From: Balanoglossus misakiensis
Lineage: Eukaryota > Animalia > Hemichordata
Length of the DNA stretch: 64,000 nucleotides
Assembly: GCA_040954595.2 (NCBI GenBank)
Contig: CM082582.2
Location: 4,944,303 to 5,008,302 of the forward strand
Direction: 5' to 3'
Position 1 is the stretch's first letter; each line of letters opens with the position of its first letter. A program made the translations under genes and the position numbers. Under the pieces are notes generated by a model. It saw only the letters and a program-made list of their open reading frames with translations. It ran no database searches and was not told where the DNA came from. This document shows positions 38,701 to 52,200 of the stretch, in pieces.

Positions 38701-41700
38701 TTTTTCAAAAATCGAAGAAAATTTGAACTTTCGCAAAGTCGAAAAATTGTCATTTTGGGGTGATTTTCATGAGCTATAACCCATGAATTTTTTCAAAAAA
38801 TGAAGAAATTTTGAAATTTCGCAAAGTCGAAAAATTGTCATTTTTGGATGATTTTCATGAGCTATAACCCATGATTTTTTTCAAAAAATGAAATTTTGAA
38901 CTTCCGCAAAGTCGAAAAATTGTCATTTTTGGATGATTTTCATGAGCTATAACCCATGATTTTTTTCAAAAATCGAAGAAATTTTGAACTTTCGCAAAGT
39001 CGAAAAATTGTCATTTTTGGATCATTTTCATGAGCTATAACCCATGATTTTTTTCAAAAAATGAAGAAATTTTGAAATTCCGCAAAGTCGAAAAATTGTT
39101 ATTTTTGGATGATTTTCATGAGCTATAACCCATGATTTTTTTCAAAAAATGAAGAAATTTTGAACTTTCGCAAAGTCGAAAAATTGTCATTTTTGGATGA
39201 TTTTCATGAGCTATAACCCATGAATTTTTTCAAAAAATGAAGAAATTTTTAAATTTCGCAAAGTCAAAAAATTGTCATTTTTGGATGATTTTCATGAGCT
39301 ATAACCCATGATTTTTTTCAAAAAATGAAGAAATTTTGATATTCCGCAAAGTCGAAAAATTGTCATTTTTGGATGATTTTCATGAGCTATAACCCATGAT
39401 TTTTTTCAAAAAATGAAGAAATTTTGAACTTCCGCAAAGTCAAAAAATTGTCATTTTTGGATGATTTTCATGAGCTATAACCCATGATTTTTTTCAAAAA
39501 ATAAAGAAATTTTGATATTCCGCAAAGTCGAAAAATTGTCATTTTTGGATGATTTTCATGAGCTATAACCCATGATTTTTTTCAAAAAATAAAGAAATTT
39601 TGAAATTTCGCAAAGTCGAAAAATTGTCATTTTTGGATGATTTTCATGAGCTATAACCCATGATTTTTTTCAAACAATGAAGAAATTTTGATATTCCGCA
39701 AAGTCGAAAAATTGTCATCTTTGGATGATTTTCATGAGCTATAACCCATGATTTTTTTCAAAAAATGAAGAAATTTTGAACTCTCGCAAAGTCAAAAAAT
39801 TGTCATTTTTGGATGATTTTCATGAGCTATAACCCATGATTTTTTTCAAAATTGAAGAAATTTTGAACTTTCGCAAAGTCGAAAAATTGTCATTTTTGGA
39901 TGATTTTCATGAGCTATAACCCATGATTTTTTTCAAAAATCGAAGAAATTTTGAACTTTCGCAAAGTCGAAAAATTGTCATTTTTGGATCATTTTCATGA
40001 GCTATAACCCATGATTTTTTTCAAAAAATGAAGAAATTTTGAAATTCCGCAAAGTCGAAAAATTGTCATTTTTGGATGATTTTCATGAGCTATAACGCAT
40101 GATTTTTTCAAAAAATAAAGCAAATTTGAACTTTCGCAAAGTCGAAAAATTGTCATTTTTGGATGATTTTCATGAGCTGTAACCCATGATTTTTTCAAAA
40201 AATAAAGCAATTTTGAACTTTCGCAAAGTCGAAAAATTGTCATTTTTGGATGATTTTCATGAGCTGTAACCCATGATTTTTTTCAAAAATTGAAGAAATT
40301 TTTAACTTTCGCAAAGTCGAAAAATTGTCATTTTTGGATGATTTTCATGAGCTATAACCCATGTTTTTTTCAAAAAATGAAGAAATTTTGAACTTTTGCA
40401 AAGTCGAAAAATTGTCATTTTGGATGATTTTAATTTCATGAGCTATAACCCATGATTTTTTTCAAAAAATGAAGAAATTTTGAACTTTCGCAAAGTCGAA
40501 AAATTGTCATTTTTGGATGATTTTCGTGACCTATAACCCATGATTTTTTTCAAAAAATGAAGAAATTTTGAACTTCCGCAAAGTCAAAAATTGTCATTTT
40601 TGGATGATTTTCATGAGCTATAACCCATGATTTTTTTCAAAAAATGAAGAAATTTTGAACTTTCGCAAAGTCGAAAAATTGTCATTTTAGGATGATTTTC
40701 ATGAGCTATAACCCATGATTTTTTTCAAAAAATGAAGAAATTTTGAAATTTCGCAAAGTCGAAAAATTGTCATTTTTGGATGATTTTCATGAGCTATAAC
40801 CCATGATTTTTTTCAAAAATTAAAGAAATTTTGAACTTTCGCAAAGTCGAAAAATTGTCATTTTTGGGTGATTTTCATGAGCTATAACCCATGAATTTTT
40901 TCAAAAAATTAAGAAATTTTGAACTTCCGCAAAGTCGAAAAATTGTCATTTTTCGATGTTTTTCATGAGCTATAACACATGATGTTTTTCAAAAAATAAA
41001 GAAATTTTGAAATTTCGCAAAGTCGAAAAATTGTCATTTTTGGATGATTTTCATGAGCTATAACCCATGATTTTTTTCAAAAAATGAAGAAATTTTGAAC
41101 TTCCGCAAAGTCAAAAAATTGTCATTTTTGGATAATTTTCATGAGCTATAACCCATGATTTTTTTCAAAAAATAAAGAAATTTTGAACTTTCGCAAAGTC
41201 GAAAAATTGTCATTTTTGGATGATTTTCGTGACCTATAACCCATGATTTTTTTCAAAAAATGAAGAAATTTTGAACTTCCGCAAAGTCGAAAAATTGTCA
41301 TTTTTGGATGATTTTCATGAGCTATAACCCATGATTTTTTTCAAAAAAATGAAGAAATTTTGAACTTCCGCAAAGTCAAAAATTGTCATTTTTGGATGAT
41401 TTTCATGAGCTATAACCCATGATTTTTTTCAAAAAATGAAGAAATTTTGAACTTTCGCAAAGTCGAAAAATTGTCATTTTTGGATCATTTTCATGAGCTA
41501 TAACCCATGATTTTTTTCAAAAAATGAAGAAATTTTGAAATTCCGCAAAGTCGAAAAATTGTCATTTTTGGATGATTTTCATGAGCTATAACGCATGATT
41601 TTTTCAAAAAATAAAGCAAATTTGAACTTTCGCAAAGTCGAAAAATTGTCATTTTTGGATGATTTTCATGAGCTGTAACCCATGATTTTTTCAAAAAATA

Positions 41701-42750
41701 AAGCAATTTTGAACTTTCGCAAAGTCGAAAAATTGTCATTTTTGGATGATTTTCATGAGCTGTAACCCATGATTTTTTTCAAAAATTGAAGAAATTTTTA
41801 ACTTTCGCAAAGTCGAAAAATTGTCATTTTTGGATGATTTTCATGAGCTATAACCCATGTTTTTTTCAAAAAATGAAGAAATTTTGAACTTTTGCAAAGT
41901 CGAAAAATTGTCATTTTGGATGATTTTAATTTCATGAGCTATAACCCATGATTTTTTTCAAAAAATGAAGAAATTTTGAACTTTCGCAAAGTCGAAAAAT
42001 TGTCATTTTTGGATGATTTTCGTGACCTATAACCCATGATTTTTTTCAAAAAATGAAGAAATTTTGTACTTCCGCAAAGTCAAAAATTGTCATTTTTGGA
42101 TGATTTTCATGAGCTATAACCCATGATTTTTTTCAAAAAATGAAGAAATTTTGAACTTTCGCAAAGTCGAAAAATTGTCATTTTAGGATGATTTTCATGA
42201 GCTATAACCCATGATTTTTTTCAAAAAATGAAGAAATTTTGAAATTTCGCAAAGTCGAAAAATTGTCATTTTTGGATGATTTTCATGAGCTATAACCCAT
42301 GATTTTTTTCAAAAATTAAAGAAATTTTGAACTTTCGCAAAGTCGAAAAATTGTCATTTTTGGGAGATTTTCATGAGCTATAACCCATGAATTTTTTCAA
42401 AAAATGAAGAAATTTTGAACTTCCGCAAAGTCGAAAAATTGTCATTTTTCGATGTTTTTCATGAGCTATAACACATGATGTTTTTCAAAAAATAAAGAAA
42501 TTTTGAAATTTCGCAAAGTCGAAAAATTGTCATTTTTGGATGATTTTCATGAGCTATAACCCATGATTTTTTTCAAAAAATGAAGAAATTTTGAACTTCC
42601 GCAAAGTCAAAAAATTGTCATTTTTGGATAATTTTCATGAGCTATAACCCATGATTTTTTTCAAAAAATAAAGAAATTTTGAAATTTCGCAAAGTCGAAA
42701 ATTGTCATTTTTGGATGATTTTCATGAGCTATAACCCATTATTTTTTTCA
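23702..42750 (+). repeat. Satellite DNA array, 88-bp AT-rich monomer, about 215 copies (19 kb)
   Basis: Consensus catgatttttttcaaaaaatgaagaaattttgaactttcgcaaagtcgaaaaattgtcatttttggatgattttcatgagctataacc; monomer starts at 23702, 23790 and 23878 give the 88-bp period. Confidence 0.98.
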
Positions 42751-43028
42751 ATATTTTTCGACATTGCTAAAGTTCAAAATTTATTTAATTTTTTGAAAAA
42801 ATTCATTGGTTATAGCTCATGAAAATCATCCAAAAATGACAATTTTTCGACTTTGCGAAAGTTCAAAATTTCGTATCCATTCAAGCACACACACACACAC
42901 ACATACACACACACACACACACACTCACGTAGAATGGACATACATACAAACATACATACAGACAGACAGACATTATCACCAAGAAATATCCTTTGTCACG
43001 ATTTCTTTATTACTTCGTGGAGGTATAA
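42751..43028 (-). mobile_element. Inverted satellite segment (about 1.4 monomers, 42751-42872) followed by a Helentron/HINE-like terminus
   Basis: Reverse-complement monomer ggttatagctcatgaaaatcatccaaaaatgacaatttttcgactttgcg, then (CA)n/(TACA)n/(GACA)n and ...acttcgtggaggtataa. On the minus strand this is TTATACCTCCACGAAG + (GTCT)n, the layout of non-autonomous Helentron-associated elements. Confidence 0.55.
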
Positions 43029-43706
43029 ACCACCTCCATAATTACATTGTAAATCGAGCGCGCAATTCAATTTTGGATTTTAATGATTTAATGATTTAAC
43101 TTGATGTGAGTTCTTATAAGCATAGTCATTAATAGTGATGGAATACACCAAATATTAAATAAGTAACGTAAATGTCAGTAATGCGTAGCTGGCTGTTAGC
43201 ATTACTCAAAAAAGTGCGTATGCCCAAAAGGGGCGACAAAACAATACAACACTGTGTATAAGAATAATACGAAGCAATTACAACTGTGGCCTTGGTACCA
43301 TGTGATGCTTTAAGCTGATGACTTATCACGGACCGCTGTCGAAAATCTGTAAAAGAAATCAAGTCAGGTCATTAGCTGAGTTGTCTTGTCTATTTGCTGT
43401 GTAACATACCACAGTTTAATTGAAATATACCTAATCACAGATTTTAGTGGGCGACACACGCAAAAACAGTGCGCCACCCACGGCCATTCAAAGACTTAGC
43501 CTTCAGCTTGACCATAGACAGTCTATGGCTTGACAAGCCTTTTGACCATACATAATAGGCATATGTAAATCTGAGGTAACCGTATCCCTTTAAAACGGCA
43601 AATAAGCATATTCGGAATCCAGCGGTTTTTTGCCAAATAGAACAACAGGTGAACCTGGTTCGGTTAATACCTTTTATTTGAACAAACACTTCTGAAAGTG
43701 AGTAGA

Positions 43707-44410
43707 CTATGATTCTACCTGTTCTGTTTCACTTGATTCCTCTGTGTCCGCAGTTTCCGCGCTCTTCATGCTTTTCCCACTATCTTCGCTGTCTGTATTC
43801 TCTCCATCTTCCCTGCTGTCTTCTTTCCCTCCCATTTCTTCGCTCGTCGTTCCCTCATTGGCTTCGATACTTTCCTCATTCTCCTGGCTTTCCTCGCTCA
43901 ACTGTGTGAGTACAGTGGAACGGGTTCCATGATAAACAATACAAAGGCATAGTCTACGGTCAGACGTAGTAGTAATACAGAGAGCGGTCGGAGATACGCA
44001 AAGTCAATATTCGAACTAAGCTTTTAGTGTTTTTTCCCTACTATTCCGTGGAATGGGATTATGTTACTACAGAAACAGTGGCATTGTGCGCAAATGATCA
44101 CCGTATGTGTTAAAGTTGTTAATCGAGGTTCGGGGAAGATCTTGTACGTCGAAGAAATGGCAAGAATTTTTCAACTTTTGTTCTCGCAAGGAAATCACAC
44201 TGTTTATAGAACTGAGCAAGTAATGTCTGGAAATAAAACGTGATCAACAAGCCACGATACCAGAGGCCTTCCACGGAATGTATGCATATTGAACATCAAA
44301 ATCGCTATCAGAATGGCAATATGCCTGATTGTCTCTTCGGCGAAAAATTAAAGTTGACGATATTTGTGAAAGCAAATTGTCATTATGTTTCCTAGAAATT
44401 AATGATAAAT

Positions 44411-44463
<53 letters not shown>

Positions 44464-44779
44464 GACTTACATCCATGTCACCGCTGCTTTCTTCGTCTTC
44501 TTCTTCTTCTCTAAAGATATCTCCATAAATCTTTTCAGTTTTTTCGATGAGAGCCTTCAACTTATCTACGATGTATAACTCCTTTTCCATTTTAACAAGC
44601 AAGTTCTTTCCTGGCTTGTCACCAGAAATCTTTTCGTCGGTGACGTCACTCATATCTTTTGTGGGGTTCTCGACATTTGTGTTGACGTCAGTGGTGTTGA
44701 ACTTTTCTTCTGTCGGTCGTCCGTCGCTGAGGTGTGAAACGGCGAGCAGAAAGACTGCTACAACGATTGCAGACTTCAT
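43707..44779 (-). CDS. Secreted, highly acidic Ser/Glu-rich protein (167 aa). Exons 44779-44471 and 43901-43707
   Basis: Signal peptide MKSAIVVAVFLLAVSHLSDG-RP; good start context (aaaATG); phase-0 GT-AG intron; seven S-x-E motifs in exon 2; minus-strand AATAAA at about 43673-43678. Confidence 0.8.
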
Positions 44780-46546
44780 TTTGTTTATGCAAATGAATCA
44801 CCTGAACCTGAAGAAGAGAAATACATGTAATTGTAACGTAATGATGCAGTGATGTCATACGTCAACAGAACACTGGGATGAACGTTCACTGAAGGGGCCC
44901 GTGAACTGAACTTGAAGTGTGTCTTGCTATTGTCCTCGTCGATAGTAACGCAAACCAGTTCAGAACACACATTTGTATTTATAAAAAATGCCGTGATTTA
45001 GAAGTATTTAGAAATGCGACAATATGTATACTAGAAAAATATATTTATAGATGATTTCTATAATTGTACATATTTTGAAGAGAAGTCGGCAAAAATCGTT
45101 CAGTCCGAGAACTATAGGCGAACAAAATAAATGGCCTGGAACTGCTTATGCAGTGTCTGGTTACTCCTAGCAATTTCTTCTTCATATTATCAGTATTCAT
45201 GTATATGGAGTGAAGAAAGGGGAACTTTCCAGTATAAGATTACTTTCTCTTCCACAAATTCATTCGATGAGGTTTCAGTGAATCGTGATACATGACACGT
45301 GATTCGAAGTCCAATACTGGATCGGTCTGAACATGGAGCTAGCTCCATGGTCAGAATTGGCCGGTAAATGACAATTAAATCTGAACAGTCCGGCCAAATC
45401 ACTGCTGGTCTTATGAATACTTGGAAACACTCGTGTAGAAACAAAAATGTGGAAAATAGTGAGAGACTACAGACATGGCAACTACATTCTGGAAACGACT
45501 AGCTACTCACCGTGAGATGCGTAATCGAAGGTTGGCGTCTTCTTGCACACACTGTCGAGTTGTGGGCCACACTGATGTCCCCCCTTCGCCTGCTTCCATT
45601 TATAGCGTTTTCATAATCCCCGATTAACACCTCGAAGCTTGTGTTTGTTTCGCACATTAGAACGGATTTGAAAGTACAGTTTAAAAATTGAAATAATCCG
45701 TAATAATTCACCAGTACGCACGCTGGCTTATAAGTCGCATAGTTTAAACCAACGCAATATTAATAAAACACTCTTTGTAGAACCGAATGATGATTTTACA
45801 CCTGTACGTACATGTATGAATAGGGGTGTTATAAAGCTACAAATATAATCCGACGAAATCGTTTATCAGACAGGAGTTCCAAAACACCGCCATTGCCCCG
45901 CTGCAAAGACCGTGATGATGGTGAGGCAGCCATAGACAAGACACGGCAGACGAAGGTGTTTTACTTTTCATAAGAAAAGATATTTTATTTAAACAGGAAA
46001 ACGCCGCGGTGTCTTTTACTGGCCACCTTAGAATATCTTTGGGTTGCGGAAAACGACATTCAGCAAAATTTACTGGTCAGACGGCCCGCCAAAACGCTTG
46101 CAAATATTATCCACTTATTATCGTTAAAGCCACGCAAAGAGTTCCGAGGCATTTATCAGTGAGTTCGTACACCTTGTAAATCTTTAGAACCAATATTGTC
46201 CTGTTTGGGAGAAATCGAGCGCTAAGCCGATTTTATTTGGCGGTAAAGCGGTAAAATTATTTGGCGGTAAAAGCGATCAAACATTTTAGCGTCGTGGTAA
46301 GTGAAAACAACCATAGACAGTAGAGGGGGTAACAAGGGATAGCCCATTTGAATTGGGGGGGGGGGGCAGACAACAATTGGGGGGGACAGACAACATTTAA
46401 CTTTTACTTCTACTACTAATTGTTACTTAAAAGTTTTGAATCAATTTCTTAATTTAGAAACTCCTAAATATGTGATTTTCACCTCATCAGCAATACTTGT
46501 ATATAATGAAGCGGGCAAACTTACAAAAAAAATCACCACAGACAGT

Positions 46547-46643
<97 letters not shown>
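46547..46643. repeat. (GAAA)n microsatellite
   Basis: Visible repeat. Confidence 0.95.
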
Positions 46644-46644
<1 letters not shown>

Positions 46645-49213
46645 GAAGGGCGGGTTTAATGTGGACCGACGAAAGTTCTTCTAGTAAACTTGCAAGACAA
46701 CTTTTGATCTAATTGGTACAGTCTTTTTCTTTTACAAATGTGATTTCCAAGCCAGACGGTCACTTATTTATCAAATCATGAAATACCTTTCTGATCAAGG
46801 GTGAGAAAAACAATGATGTAAATAGTCAGCAAACAATCCACTGTAAACGTTATCAGGTGTGAAGATTTTAGTTCACGAGAGTTTTTTTTCCATGCTGCAT
46901 GATAATCCCCAAACTGATTTGTATAGAGTTATTCAGGCACTGGTTTTGGCTGTTCTGTTCTTTGTCTTGCTTGGCTGTTCTCGGGCGTACCCAATATAAA
47001 CACAGCAATTCTGGGACAAATTCTCTCCGCCAAAATGAATAATCGGTCTCTACCGTTTATTCATTTTGGCAGAATTTTTACTCTCGTATCCTACAAATGT
47101 GATGCAAGTTGTGTGTGGTCGAACGTTGATTCACTATATATCTACACGTAGAATAACATAAACAGTGTCTTGCATCAAACATAATTATTGTAATAGGAAA
47201 AGGTCAGCGAGAGAGACTTTGTCCCTGTCATGAACAGTTACTGCTTGGCGCTGTTTTCATAGCCAGAAACAGAAGAAATTTTGCAAGGGTGTTGGGGAGA
47301 ATAAAAAAAAATACACATATCCATTTTTATTTTTTGGTAAAAGATCTTGTATTACTAATATGATGATCACTACAAATGCTACATAAAATCGCATGTATTA
47401 TAAAATCAAATTAGCTGATTTCGACCATATTCACAAATATTAAGTTCATCATTTTGGGTAATCAGTGGTTTGGATTATCTGAATGTAACAGCTAATGGCA
47501 GTCTTCCCGTTCACATCTTTGCAACATTAAAGCCTCAATAGGTGCAATGTTTTTAATTATTTTCATGATTTTACTTTTGAACTTAGAACAGTCCATTTCA
47601 GTTACTTAACACACACCCAGCTCCTTATTATCAACTGCAGACTGTGTTTCAAATCACAGATCTCAAAATTCAAATCAGATCAAACACTAAAACAAACTGG
47701 AGCAATATGGATTTTCAAGCACTGTGAATTTTCTCAAATATAAAATATACATTTTTGTTTATAAATTATGTAAATTGTAGAAGGTGCATGTATGTAAATT
47801 GGGATGCAAGTCCTTAATGTAGCATGAGTACGTGTTACTCTATGCTACCCAGGGTTCCATTCACTTTTCCACAGGACTCACGAACTAACCAGTTTGACAG
47901 CAAAACATATATTATATGTAACACAATAGCGTAGATGAGTCAACTGATATAGATCTTTCATAAGATTACGATAAAATATTTTAGATAAAAATTGCAATAA
48001 AAAGGAACACTGTAGAACCCACTCAGTGAAACACATCACAGCTATACAATTCATGCTTTGTCAATGCATACGTAATTACAGTAAGAAAAGGCCCGTGATC
48101 CATCTTTGCCCGTCAATGCCCCTAGTCTCGGTTACCCAGACTCCTCTGCTTCTTCCGTTGGGCACTCCAGAAAGAGGGTCATTGGGAAACCCCATAGAAA
48201 AATCTCCGGGCAAAGATGGCCAACTCGAGGCAAAAGCGATGCATGATGGTTGCAGCCCCGTGCTCGGTCAAACAAATAGAAAGCAATTTTTTGCCTGTTT
48301 GATTACATTCAAGTGCGCACAGTTCGAACACCATTGAAATCAAGAAGTTGTAGTTATGGTAAATTAAAAAGACATAAACCATGGTTTCACATATCATTGT
48401 GCTCGTCAAGCAATTCTGTTATTACAATTGTGCAGAAATGCATGAGTAAACATGAGTGTGCATATTATATCTCGGCATGTTTTGCTGACGTGCGTGCATC
48501 CTCATCGACAAGGGCACTACACGCATGCTCAGTAATACTTATGCAGAACACCATCACCCACAGAACAGGTATTGAGGACAGTAGATACAATTTGAAGATC
48601 GGAATGTTTATCAAGCCACTAAGGAGTAGCCATGGAAACACTCCACACCTTGTAGTGCTGAAGCAGTGATTGCAGAATAGGCAACTTCATGATCGTGGCA
48701 AAAACTCTCAGATTGAGACAAGTTTGCTTGTCTCAATCATAATGAAACTTGGTTTCTAAAACTTTTTCCAAATTTTGAACGATCTTAACTTTGCTCTTCA
48801 TTGGCTAAATCCCCTCAACTTTTCACTCTTGATTTTACACATACAATGTAATGTGCAAGAAAACATTTTGTCGATAAAACATCAATTGAATTTGGCTGTG
48901 TATATTTTTCACAATTTATTTAAAAACCTGATCTTTCAAGACCTGTCGTGTTAATGCTCCAGATTTCATCTATTAGAAAAAATTATACACTCTCGATTAA
49001 ATTCTTTTGAATGATTATAATTTAGATGATTCAACACATGTTTCAAAACAGTGCCACCTTAAGGAGGAGACCATGATTTGTCTTTCTTGTGCGAAACAAA
49101 AATCATCTTTCTTGATAACCCAATTTTTACTGTGAGATCAATATGTAATCCTGAGGTGATCCTGACGATGTGACAAGTCACGTTGAATAAATACGATATC
49201 ATGGTTGTCATGG

Positions 49214-52200
49214 CTACTCGATGTCCTTGCAGATCTTCAGCACCAGATAGTTGAACTCGTCGGGTTTCTCGGAGTAAACATGATGCCCAGCTCCCTGTAG
49301 TATCTGTTGGGAGAGAAGAAAAAACAAGTAAGAATTTACAAGAAAAAAACAAACGAGATGTACTAGTGAATGAAATCAGCAGTTTGGAGAGCCACCTCAG
49401 ACAGATACATACAGCAGAGGTCTCGTCTACAGTAAGAGGGTTCAGACTAGACACTTTACAGCAGTGTAGCACCGATGCTGGGCCTGGGCCGGCCTAAAAT
49501 AACCAATGTGGATATGCTGCATCGGCCTTGGTCGGCCTACAAAAGTTGCAGCTCTTAGATCTTTAATAGAATTTCATACCAAAAGAACCTGGGATGAAAT
49601 TTCTTTGAAGACCTGGGGATATTTTTGTCTATACATAAGGCAAGTGTGAGACATTGCTGTTTGTCTATGCATCACCAAGGTTAATTGACCAACTTTCTCT
49701 AGTAGCCATAGAATCCCAATGATACAGTACAGCCGTGTGTACACATTCATGTATAGTACCGCAGTAAAAATTGAAAGATATTAAACTCACATGTACATCA
49801 ACTTGAGAGTTTTTCCGGAGATACTTTGTGCTGTGTCCCATAGAGGAGTCCATGTAACTCCGGGAGCCATATATGAAGGTGATGGGTACGTTGTGTGATA
49901 TTGAAGTGACCCTTTTGATCATTGGATTCTTGGCCCATCCCCATGGAATCTGCATCCCCTTGAAGGCCACTTCACCGCTGTGAATGAAGAAAAATGTTTA
50001 GAAAATTCTGAAATGCTACTTTATTAAAGCTTGACTCATACGTTATATCTATGCTATACTAAACTATTTCACCTCCAGTTCCATCGTTAGAGGTCCAACC
50101 TTACCGTAGAAAACAATGGGTTTGGACCAACACACGTACAGACTACGGTCGCCGCCATCTTGTCTGTTGTTAGGACAGCCCACTGCCTTATGGCATTGAC
50201 TGTATACAATTTTGGAACCAGTGTCTCTGGTTTGGCATATGCGCATAAGACAATTGACATCTAAGGCAATGCTCTGTTAAAACACTTCTTATTTCAGTTC
50301 AGGCATTCAGCCCAGCACCTACCTGGGTGTTTGAGCATTGCAGTGATAGATATAGTTGAAGATAGTGTCATCATCAAACAAGGCAAATTTTCTCTGAAAG
50401 TCCGGCCTGAACCTCTGAACTAGTCGGGGACCTGAAAAAAAAGTTATAGAGAGTAGTACTTTACTACATGTAGTTTCAGTATTTTGAAATACCCAAGTTC
50501 AGATATTTTCACAATAGAAAAACATAGGGAGCACAAGACAAGTGCAACAACCAAACCATGACTGGTAATTTATAACGTGACTGGCTATAATCCAGGTTTC
50601 TACAAACATGACGCATATCATGGCTGGGACTACCATTTGACATGAACTTTGACCTGACAAGTGGTCAGCAGAAAACTCACCGAGTGGTCCGGCCGCTCTT
50701 AGTCCCGAGAGAATATTGAAAGGCTTCAACAAAGTGCCCACGGCTCGGGCCCAGATGGGAATCCTCCTATCCATCTCCGACTCCGACGGCTTCTCCGGGA
50801 AACCCCAGGGGTCCACCAGGAGCAGGTGCCGCACCCGCTGCGGGAAGCGGATCGCGTAGGAGCTGGCCAGGAAGGCGCCCAGGCTGTGCCCGACCAGGAT
50901 GAAGCGGTCCAGGTTCGCGGCCTTGCGCCACTCCTCGATGGAGTCCACGAAGTGGTCCTCGGCCTCCCAGGCGTCGCCGGGGAACTTGGGCCGGGAGCTC
51001 CGCCCGAACCCCAGCAGGTCGAAGGCGTACAGCGGCCTGCTGGCCGACAGCTTGTCGTAGTTCTGCACCCAGAGGCCGATGCCGCCCCCGAAGCCGTGCA
51101 CAAAGACAAACGGTAGGTTCGAGGAATTGCTCGGGTTGAGATTGATCGTCCATATCCTGTCTGTGTTGTTAATTCGTACGTGTTTTGTCTCAAATTTTGT
51201 CTTCACATCTGAAACAAGAAGCAGGTGTGTCATGACAAACTGGTAATTCTTATAACATGTTCTAATTTTCTATGCATATGAAGAATTTCTGAGTTCTAAT
51301 TTTCTTTAGCATATGAACATTTTCTGAGTTCTTATTTTTCTAAGCATATGAACATTTTCTGAGTTCTAATTTTCTAGGCTGACATGTGAAAATGTTCCAA
51401 GTTCTAATTTTCTAGGCTGACATGCGAAAATGTTCCAAGTTCTAATTTTCTAGGCTGACATGCGAAAATGTTCCAAGTTCTAATTTTCTAGGCTGACATG
51501 CGAAAATGTTCCAAGTTCTAATTTTCTAGGCTGACATGCGAAAATGTTCCAAGTTCTAATTTTCTAGGCTGACATGTGAAAATGTTCCAAGTTCTAATTT
51601 TCTAGGCTGACATGTGAAAATGTTCCAGGTACACTGAGAAAAAATGACATGACGTGTGCCATTGGACATATCAGTTCTACAAGTGAGACTTACATTTCAG
51701 TATTCTCTTTTCTGCTTTCTGGAGTTCTATCTCTGAAGTGGGACACCATTTCAGCCAGCTTGCACCCCAATTCCACCAACTAGATCTGACAGTAACAGGA
51801 ACGTTTCACAACAGTCAGTAAACAGAATTAACTGCACACTATTGAAGAGAATGATGTAAGATTTATTCTCAGATTTATCATCTTACCTGCTTTTAGATTA
51901 CAAATCTCATTAATGTCTCAAATCTCAGTTTGTACATGTATGTAGTATGAGTAATTTCTAGTACATTGAATAAATTTGAAATGCGCAAGATTACTTGCTC
52001 TGTAGTGACACTTGTAATAAACATCTGACAGGTGTCATTTTCATCGTGACAGGGTTTTAGCTGGAAAATATGATGCACAAAACTAGTATGGTTTTGTTAA
52101 TTTTTTTACTATGATGGTAGGGTGGCTGGCAGTGGACTGGTGGACGCTATACACAAGAATTATAGATGAAGGAGTCTATCAAGTTTAGTTAGTTACGCAA

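Noticed and set aside
23702-42872. CRISPR array, or coding repeats (ORFs 37291-37539, 37553-37735, 39995-40243, 41491-41739, 42806-43099)
   Set aside because: Monomers are contiguous with no unique spacers, there are no cas genes and the context is eukaryotic. The ORFs are chance read-throughs of satellite variants.
50726-51193. Overlapping ORFs 50726-51193, 50767-51153 and 50826-51116
   Set aside because: Shadow frames of the GC-rich ABHD4 exon with no independent motifs.
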